Shown here in pieces: positions 57,201 to 64,000 of a DNA stretch of 64,000 bases (position 1 is its first letter; each line of letters starts with the position of its first letter). Both the position numbers and the translations under genes were made by a program. The stretch is from an uncultured Alphaproteobacteria bacterium (GTDB lineage: Bacteria; Pseudomonadota; Alphaproteobacteria; MPNO01; UBA830), in contig CAJWUK010000001.1 of assembly GCA_913047365.1 (NCBI GenBank), positions 6,413 to 70,412 of the forward strand, read 5' to 3'. A model generated the notes under the pieces. That model searched no databases. It was not told the DNA's origin and saw nothing but the letters and a program-made list of their open reading frames with translations.

Positions 57201-58757
57201 TCAGTCGTTTTCACCGTCTGGGAACATTGTTCCCTGGTGCGGCGACACAGGAATATCCTTCGCCACGCCGTCTTCTTTGATCCCCGCCAAGTTCTTGGCG
57301 AGCTTTTTCTTGTAGTCGAGATCGGACTGGCGCGCGATCTGCACCCGCTGTGCCTGCGGCGAGCCGGCGCCGTGCATCGATTCCGTTAGATAGCCAACCG
57401 CGTTGCGGCCCAGCGTCATGTTTTCAATCAGCCGCATGATGCGGAGCCGGTCTTCCGCCGAAACATCCGACCGGCCTTTCAGGAATTTTTTCAGAAGGGG
57501 CCCCGTTACCTCGCCGTTCAGATCCTGTTCAGACGGCGCGGTCACCATCAACCCGCCCGCCAGATCCTGCGCAATTCGGGACAGTTCATACGGGAAACGC
57601 GTGACATTGTGCTTGCACACATTGGCCAGCATGTCGTTGCACTGATAGTTGCCGGATTTGGTCTCGAAGCTCTCGTGCGACGCAGCGATCCCGGACGAAT
57701 AAATCGTCTCGTTCAGGTGGGTCATCTCGACCAGCTTGTCGCGGATATGCGATGCATTCGGCACGCCGTTATAATCCGCCACGGTCGCCGCCGCCCCGAT
57801 CATCACGTCGCCGAGACCGGTTTTGCAGACATAGGACCGGCGGTGATAGGACGTGAAGCGCTCCACCAGGTCGGAGGCGAATTCGAACTCGCCGTCCATG
57901 AAGATCAGTTCGTTGGGCACGAACACGTCTTCGATGATGATCATCGCTTCCTGGCCGCCATACTGGGCGTTGCCCACATCGATATCGCCGTCTTCCATCG
58001 ACCGCGTATCGCAGGACTGACGGCCGTAAATGAAGGTCAGGCCCGGATCGTCGATCGGGATCGCGCAAACCACCGCGTAATCCTTGTCGTCCTCGGTCAA
58101 ACGCATGGTCGGCATGACCAGCGCCCAGTGGGAATTGATGCACCCGGTCTGGTGCGCCTTGGCGCCGCGGATCACCACGCCGTCATCGCGGCGTTCGACG
58201 ATGTGGACGAACATGTCGGGATCGTCCTGCGACGCCGGGCCCTTGCCGCGGTCGCCTTTCACGTCGGTCATGGCACCACCGATGACGTAGTTGGCTTCCT
58301 GCATGCGGGCGATGAAATCCTTGAAGCGCGCGTGATAGGGCGTGCCGTATTTCTCGTCGATTTCGTAGGTCACGGAATGCAGCGCGTTGGTCGCGTCCAT
58401 GCCAACGCAGCGCTGAAAGCAGGTGCCGGTCAACTGGCCCAGCTTGCGCTGCATACGGTTCTGCATCACCACGTCGTCGACGCTTTCGGTCACATGGAGA
58501 AACCGGTTGACGGTCTTGCCACAGATCGATGACTTCGCGCTTGCGAGATCAGGGTTTTCGTTGGCAAGGTCATAGGTTTTCGCCACCGCGTTGATCGACG
58601 GCCGGATCATCGGATGATCAACGGGCTCGTCCACCAAATCCCCGAACAGATAGACCTTCAGGCCCCGTCCACGCAGGGTTTCGATGTACTCGGCGCCTGA
58701 AGAGATCGGTTTGACCGCCGTCTCCGGGGTGATTGCGCTGTCGCCATCCATGGGCAT
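57201..58757 (-). CDS. 4-hydroxyphenylacetate 3-hydroxylase (HpaB) / 4-hydroxybutyryl-CoA dehydratase family protein
   Basis: 518 aa, HpaB-like length and N-terminal layout. No adjacent HpaC-type flavin reductase. Confidence 0.75.
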   Translation of the reverse strand: MPMDGDSAITPETAVKPISSGAEYIETLRGRGLKVYLFGDLVDEPVDHPMIRPSINAVAKTYDLANENPDLASAKSSICGKTVNRFLHVTESVDDVVMQNRMQRKLGQLTGTCFQRCVGMDATNALHSVTYEIDEKYGTPYHARFKDFIARMQEANYVIGGAMTDVKGDRGKGPASQDDPDMFVHIVERRDDGVVIRGAKAHQTGCINSHWALVMPTMRLTEDDKDYAVVCAIPIDDPGLTFIYGRQSCDTRSMEDGDIDVGNAQYGGQEAMIIIEDVFVPNELIFMDGEFEFASDLVERFTSYHRRSYVCKTGLGDVMIGAAATVADYNGVPNASHIRDKLVEMTHLNETIYSSGIAASHESFETKSGNYQCNDMLANVCKHNVTRFPYELSRIAQDLAGGLMVTAPSEQDLNGEVTGPLLKKFLKGRSDVSAEDRLRIMRLIENMTLGRNAVGYLTESMHGAGSPQAQRVQIARQSDLDYKKKLAKNLAGIKEDGVAKDIPVSPHQGTMFPDGEND

Positions 58758-58944
58758 GGAACTGTCTCCGTTCCCGTTCGAATATGCCGGTAAGGATAAA
58801 CCAACCGGTTGTGCAGTGCAAAATCGGCCTGATTTCGATTGTTACCCCGAGCTTGTCCTCGTGCCCGGCCGACCGTTACATTGAAGAAACATCCTGGATC
58901 CCGGCGTTAGGCTGGGACGGCCCCTTGAATACGGCACGAGACAC

Positions 58945-59829
58945 ATGATTGAAGGCGGCACCATCGGCGACATTACCTGGCATCGGATTGTCGAGGCGGA
59001 AGGACCCGAATTCGAGATCGGTTTTCTATTGCCAGATGCCACGTCCGACGCCGTCGCGCCGTATCGCGACTGGCTGGAGCCGCGGTTTTTGGAACCCGGC
59101 ACCGACAGGCTGATCATGACCACCCAGTCGTACGTGCTGAAAACCAAACACCACAACATCCTGATCGATTCCTGCGTCGGCAATGACAAGGAACGCAGGT
59201 TCTATCCGCCTTGGTCGGGTCTGTCTGGCACCAGGTATCTCGACGGCCTTTCTGCGGTCGGCCTGTCCGTGGACGACATCGATTTCGTCATGTGTACCCA
59301 TTTGCACGCCGATCACGTCGGCTGGAACACACGGCTGGTGGACGGGCGCTGGGTGCCAACCTTTCCCAACGCGCGCTACGTGTTCGCCGAAACCGAGTTC
59401 GGTTTTTGGTCGGAACTGAACAAGAAGGGAAAAAAATATTCCGACGGCTGCATCGACGACAGCGTACTGCCGGTGGTCGAGGCTGGTCAGGCTGACATTG
59501 TCGCCGACGACTACGCTTTCAACGACGATATCTGGTTCCAACCGACGCCGGGCCACACCCCCGGCCATGTCAGCGTGCACCTAAACTCGGGCGACAACAA
59601 CGGGGTGCTATCCGGAGATGTCGTCCATACGCCAATCCAGTGCCGCGAACCGGGCTGGAGCGCCGTCGGTTGCTCCGATCGCGCACAATCGGCAGAAACC
59701 CGTAAATCCTTCCTGGACCGCTACTGCGAAACCGACACGCTGGTCATGACCGGCCACTTCCCGTCCCCGTCGGTCGGCCATGTTTGCCGCCATGGGGACG
59801 GGTTCGATTTCGAGTTCTCTGCGGTGTAA
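58945..59829 (+). CDS. MBL-fold metallo-hydrolase
   Basis: 294 aa; CTHLHADHVGW (HxHxDH) zinc motif. Confidence 0.8.
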   Translation: MIEGGTIGDITWHRIVEAEGPEFEIGFLLPDATSDAVAPYRDWLEPRFLEPGTDRLIMTTQSYVLKTKHHNILIDSCVGNDKERRFYPPWSGLSGTRYLDGLSAVGLSVDDIDFVMCTHLHADHVGWNTRLVDGRWVPTFPNARYVFAETEFGFWSELNKKGKKYSDGCIDDSVLPVVEAGQADIVADDYAFNDDIWFQPTPGHTPGHVSVHLNSGDNNGVLSGDVVHTPIQCREPGWSAVGCSDRAQSAETRKSFLDRYCETDTLVMTGHFPSPSVGHVCRHGDGFDFEFSAV

Positions 59830-59872
59830 ACTCATCCCGAGGAGCGCGTGATAACGCGCCGGGAGGATTTTC

Positions 59873-61417
59873 ATGCTGAACAAGACGATTGGGCAAATTC
59901 TGCCTGAAGCGGCGGCTAGTTTCGCCGACAAGACCGCGCTGATCTTCGGGGAACGTACGTTTTCATTCATTGAACTGGACGCTCTTTCCAGCCGCATCGC
60001 GAACGGGCTAACCGCCATGGGGATCGAACCTGGCGACAGGGTGACACTGTATGCGCAGAACGGCTGGGAATGGGTGGTGGCCTATTACGGGATTGCCAAA
60101 ACCGGGGCGGTGCTCAACCCGATCAACGTGATGCTGACCCCGGATGAAGTCGGCTACGTGGTCAAGGATTGCGGCGCCAAGGCCCTGTTCACCACGGCCG
60201 ACCGGGCAGCACCAATTCTCGACCTGAAGGATGAGACCGATCTCGCGGAAATCGTAACATTCGGCGACGGCGCCCCCGATGGCGCCGTGGCGTTCGATGA
60301 CCTTGTCGCGAACGGAAGCGACGCATTCGACATCGCGTCGGTCGAGGCAACCTCCCTCGGTAAGATCTGTTACACGTCGGGTACCACTGGTTTCCCCAAG
60401 GGCGCGATGCTCAGCCACCGTAATGTCGTGCTCAACGCTGCAATGACGGCGGCGATGAACATGCGCGTCGCCGACGACGTGCAGCTGACCGCCCTGCCCT
60501 GTGCCCATGTCTACGGCGCGGCGATCATGAACCTCTGCATGCTGTTGGGAAGCACCTTCGTGCTGATGGAACGTTTCGACGCAGGCGAAATGATGGATGC
60601 GGTACAGATCCACAAGGCGACGATCACGGACGGCGTGCCGACAATGTATTTCTATATGCTCGCCCATCCCGAGTTCGACAAATTTGATCTGTCGTCCATC
60701 ACGCGTGCCGTCGTCGGTGGCCAGACCATGCCGGTGGCCAAGTCGGAGGAATGGACCGAGAAGGTCGGCTCACCCATGCTGGAGCTCTGGGGCATGACGG
60801 AACTGGCGGGGCCCGGCATCATGCAGCATTCCTATGGCGAGAACCGGCTCGGGGCGGCGGGTATTGAGATGCCCTATTTTCGCGCCAAGATCGTCGATCC
60901 GGAAGACGTCTCGCGCGAACTGCCCATCGGCGAGGTCGGAGAACTGATGGTCTCGGGATCCTTCGTAATGATGGGCTATTTCGGCAACGAGGAAGCGACA
61001 AAAGAGGCTATCGAGCCGGATGGCTGGCTGCATTCGGGCGACCTCGCGAAGATGGATGACGAAGGGTACATCTTCATGGTCGACCGCAAGAAAGACATGA
61101 TCCTGACCGCCGGATACAACATTTATCCGGCGGAAATCGAACGCGTGATTTCAGGTCACCCAGCGGTCGCCATGGTCGGTGTTGGCGCGAAGGCGGATGC
61201 GGAAAAGGGCGAAATCGCCAAGGCTTACGTGGTCCTCAAGCCGGACGAACAGGCCTTACCGGAAGACATTCAGAAGCATTGCCGGGATCATCTGGCCGCC
61301 TACAAGGTGCCGCGCGAAGTGCAGATCGTGCCCGATCTCCCGACAACGTCGACCGGGAAAATTCTGCGCCGGGAACTGCACACACTTGAAGAAAGCGATG
61401 CGGCAGCGGCCGAATAA
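59873..61417 (+). CDS. AMP-binding acyl-CoA synthetase/ligase
   Basis: 514 aa; YTSGTTGFPKG signature. Confidence 0.9.
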   Translation: MLNKTIGQILPEAAASFADKTALIFGERTFSFIELDALSSRIANGLTAMGIEPGDRVTLYAQNGWEWVVAYYGIAKTGAVLNPINVMLTPDEVGYVVKDCGAKALFTTADRAAPILDLKDETDLAEIVTFGDGAPDGAVAFDDLVANGSDAFDIASVEATSLGKICYTSGTTGFPKGAMLSHRNVVLNAAMTAAMNMRVADDVQLTALPCAHVYGAAIMNLCMLLGSTFVLMERFDAGEMMDAVQIHKATITDGVPTMYFYMLAHPEFDKFDLSSITRAVVGGQTMPVAKSEEWTEKVGSPMLELWGMTELAGPGIMQHSYGENRLGAAGIEMPYFRAKIVDPEDVSRELPIGEVGELMVSGSFVMMGYFGNEEATKEAIEPDGWLHSGDLAKMDDEGYIFMVDRKKDMILTAGYNIYPAEIERVISGHPAVAMVGVGAKADAEKGEIAKAYVVLKPDEQALPEDIQKHCRDHLAAYKVPREVQIVPDLPTTSTGKILRRELHTLEESDAAAAE

Positions 61418-61418
61418 A

Positions 61419-63056
61419 CTAGCCCTGCCGCGCCTCTTCCCGCAGTTCCACTCGCCTGATCTTGCCCGAAATCGTCTTCGGCAGCGCGTCGCGGAATTCG
61501 ATAGCGCGGGGGTATTTGTAGGGGGCGGTCTGTTGTTTCACGAATTCCTGTATTTCCTTGGCCAGCTTGTCCGATGCCTCGAAACCCGGCGCCAGCGTGA
61601 TAAAGGCCATCACGATTTCGCCGCGCAGCTCGTCGGGTTTGCCGATCACGGCGGATTCCAGTACGGCCTCGTGTTCCACCAGCGCGCTTTCGACCTCGAA
61701 CGGGCTGATCCGGTAGCTGGCCGATGAAATGATGTCGTCCGACCGGCCGACGAACCAGATATAGCCGTCGGCATCACGCGTCGCCGTATCGCCGGTGTAA
61801 TACCAGCCGTTGCGGAACGCCTCCGCCGTCACCGCGTCGTCGCGGAAATAGCCGCGGAACAGCCCGGGCGGCCAGGGTTCCGTCACTTTCACGCCGATAT
61901 GGCCAACTTCATCATCGCCCAACACGTTGCCGTCATCGTCGATTATATCGATAGTCAGGCCGGGCACCGGTTTACCCATGGACCCGGGGCGGATTTCCAT
62001 TCCCGGAAAATTGGCGACGATGTTTACGGTCTCGGTCTGCCCGTACCCGTCATAGATGTCGCATCCGGTTGCGTCCTTCCACGACCGCATAGCTTCAGGG
62101 TTCAGCGGCTCGCCTGCCCCAAAGCAGTGCCGCAGCGACGAAAAATCCGCCCCAGACAGATCCATCTGGGCAAACACGCGATAAACCGTGGGCGGCGCGC
62201 AGAACGTCGTCACCTTGTGGTCGCCAATGATCTTCAGATGAATATCGGGGTCGAACCCTTCACCGTCAAACAACATCACCGTCGATCCCGCCAGTAACGG
62301 TGGATACATCAGTCCCCAGGCCGCCTTGGCCCAGCCGGTATCCGTCAATGTCCAGTGCACGTCGTCTTCACGCAGATCCATCCAGTAATCGCCGGTGATC
62401 GAATGGGCGAGGCCATAGGAATGATCTCGCCCCACCATCTTCGGGTTTTGGGTGGTGCCGGAGGTGAAATAGATCAGCATCAGCTCGTCAGCCGATGTCT
62501 TGGGCAGCGCATTGCGGTCCACCGTATCGGCCTCCGCCGCGCACATAATTTCCAGCGATAGCCAGCCGTCCCGTGCGGCGCCCACCAGGATTAGATGTTC
62601 CAGCGTCGGGCAGTTAGCTTTTATCTGTTCCACCTTTTCCGCGTGTTCGGCAGTGACGATGGCGATGCGGGCATCGGCGCGGTTGATCCGGTATTCGATA
62701 TCCTTTGCGGTCAAAAGATTAGTGCCCGGCATGGCGACCACGCCGGTTTTCGTGCAGCCCAGCAGCACCTGGTACCATTCGACGATCCGCGGGATCATGA
62801 CGAAGGCGAAATCACCCTTTTCCGCGCCCAGTGTCATCAAGGCATTGGCGAAGCGGCTGGAAAGACGGTCAAGGTCCGAATAGCTGTGTTCGACTGCGTT
62901 TTCGCCAGTCTTGTCGACGGCGATCAGCGCGGTTTTGTCATTTTCCCGGCCACGTTTCGCGACCACGTCGAAGGCGAAATTGAAATTATCCGTGATATCG
63001 AACGAAAAATTCTCCCTTGCCGCCCGATAGTCGAATGGTACAAATGTTGCGGCCAT
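61419..63056 (-). CDS. AMP-forming acyl-CoA synthetase (medium-chain/aryl type)
   Basis: Trimmed to ATG 63056 (MAATFVPFDYRAARENF...); FTSGTTQNPKMV signature. Confidence 0.85.
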   Translation of the reverse strand: MAATFVPFDYRAARENFSFDITDNFNFAFDVVAKRGRENDKTALIAVDKTGENAVEHSYSDLDRLSSRFANALMTLGAEKGDFAFVMIPRIVEWYQVLLGCTKTGVVAMPGTNLLTAKDIEYRINRADARIAIVTAEHAEKVEQIKANCPTLEHLILVGAARDGWLSLEIMCAAEADTVDRNALPKTSADELMLIYFTSGTTQNPKMVGRDHSYGLAHSITGDYWMDLREDDVHWTLTDTGWAKAAWGLMYPPLLAGSTVMLFDGEGFDPDIHLKIIGDHKVTTFCAPPTVYRVFAQMDLSGADFSSLRHCFGAGEPLNPEAMRSWKDATGCDIYDGYGQTETVNIVANFPGMEIRPGSMGKPVPGLTIDIIDDDGNVLGDDEVGHIGVKVTEPWPPGLFRGYFRDDAVTAEAFRNGWYYTGDTATRDADGYIWFVGRSDDIISSASYRISPFEVESALVEHEAVLESAVIGKPDELRGEIVMAFITLAPGFEASDKLAKEIQEFVKQQTAPYKYPRAIEFRDALPKTISGKIRRVELREEARQG

Positions 63057-63181
63057 CGGCTCTGTCTCCCCAAATTCCCTATGATGGGATTCCCTCATAT
63101 CCCGGGAGTCTGCGCAAGTATCGACTCATCCGTTCCCGGTGTGATCTAGTTTGGGGAAGGGGAAAAAATAGGACCAAATCG

Positions 63182-64000
63182 ATGAGCGACGTCGCCTTCT
63201 TGCCTGCAAACCGACTGGCCGGTTTGATCCGTCGGGGGAAGATCGGATGCCTGGAACTGCTCGATCACTATATCAAGCGGGTAGAACGTTTTAATCCGGC
63301 CCTGAACGCCATCATCGCGACCGACTTCGACCGCGCGCGGAAAGACGCTAAAGCGGCGGATACCGAGACGACTAAAGGGTCATTCCGAGGCCCGTTGCAC
63401 GGTGTTCCGATGACCGTGAAGGATTCCTTCAACGTGGCCGGACTGCCGACCACTTGGGGAGTGCCGGTTCAGCGGGGGAACCGGGTGGAAGCGGATGCGC
63501 TGGCCGTTCAACGCCTGCGTGACACGGGAGCCATTATCTTCGGAAAAACCAATATTCCGATGTGGTTGGCCGACTGTCAGAGCTTCAACGAGATTTATGG
63601 GCGAACAGCAAACCCCTGGAACCTGGAACGCAGCCCGGGTGGGTCTTCCGGTGGCTCTGCCGTCAGCCTGGCCGCTGGTCTTACGGGGCTGGAAATGGGC
63701 AGCGACATCGCAGGATCCATCCGCAACCCGGCGGCTCATTGCGGGGTGTTCGGCCACAAACCCACCATGGGCATCTGTTCGCCCATCGGCCATACCCTGA
63801 ACGAGAATGTTGCGCCGATCGATATGCTGGTAATTGGGCCGCTGGCCCGCAGCGCTGCCGATTTAGAAATCGGACTGAAAGCTATTACGGGCCTCGACGA
63901 GATCGACGCTCGCGGACTCCACGTTTCCCTGCCACCGCCCCGCAAGAAACGGCTGGACGAATTCCGGGTTGCGGTGCTGGTTGACGACGAGTCCATACCT
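63182..64000 (+). CDS. amidase (amidase-signature family); 3' end beyond window
   Basis: Open frame from ATG 63182 to the window end (273 codons, not in ORF track). GGSSGGSAV signature and Lys-Ser-Ser catalytic context (MTVKDSF ... GSDIAGSIRNPAA). Confidence 0.85.
   Translation, partial: MSDVAFLPANRLAGLIRRGKIGCLELLDHYIKRVERFNPALNAIIATDFDRARKDAKAADTETTKGSFRGPLHGVPMTVKDSFNVAGLPTTWGVPVQRGNRVEADALAVQRLRDTGAIIFGKTNIPMWLADCQSFNEIYGRTANPWNLERSPGGSSGGSAVSLAAGLTGLEMGSDIAGSIRNPAAHCGVFGHKPTMGICSPIGHTLNENVAPIDMLVIGPLARSAADLEIGLKAITGLDEIDARGLHVSLPPPRKKRLDEFRVAVLVDDESIP

Noticed and set aside
1-64000. CRISPR arrays, intact IS elements, integrases, rRNA
   Set aside because: No regularly spaced direct repeats, no transposase- or integrase-like ORF and no rRNA-like conserved stretches were seen. 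Only gene remnants and a tRNA-like fragment hint at past mobility.

Overview
This 64 kb GC-rich window looks like an alphaproteobacterial chromosome segment; that taxonomy is inferred from gene content and style, not tested. It is densely coding, with about 60 intact CDS, one tRNA (anticodon CAT) and no rRNA, CRISPR array or recognisable intact mobile element. The content is dominated by oxygen- and flavin-dependent catabolic enzymes. These include two Rieske oxygenases (one alpha+beta pair, one alpha-only next to a glutamine-synthetase-like ligase and a divergent MarR regulator), two FAD aromatic-hydroxylase-type monooxygenases and an HpaB-family hydroxylase. There are also TauD/TfdA, LLM, VOC/extradiol and cysteine-dioxygenase-like enzymes, two GMC oxidoreductases (one with a Tat-signal small subunit), a DMSO-reductase-family molybdoenzyme and a CoxL-like molybdo-hydroxylase cut by the window start. 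Two separate CoA-ester processing modules each end in, or contain, a UbiD-family (prFMN-type) decarboxylase; no UbiX-like flavin prenyltransferase is visible. Housekeeping genes (mnmA, msrB, RidA) are interspersed. Several intergenic gaps contain readable remnants of decayed genes: a GST with an in-frame TAG, an alpha/beta-hydrolase C-terminus, ABC-transporter fragments with a Walker A motif, and a tRNA-like 3' fragment. Together these suggest an accessory region with ongoing gene flux. Many ORF-track entries carry spurious N-terminal extensions; starts were re-placed at internal ATGs that create ATGA/TGATG overlaps with upstream genes. All functional assignments are from motif and family recognition by eye.
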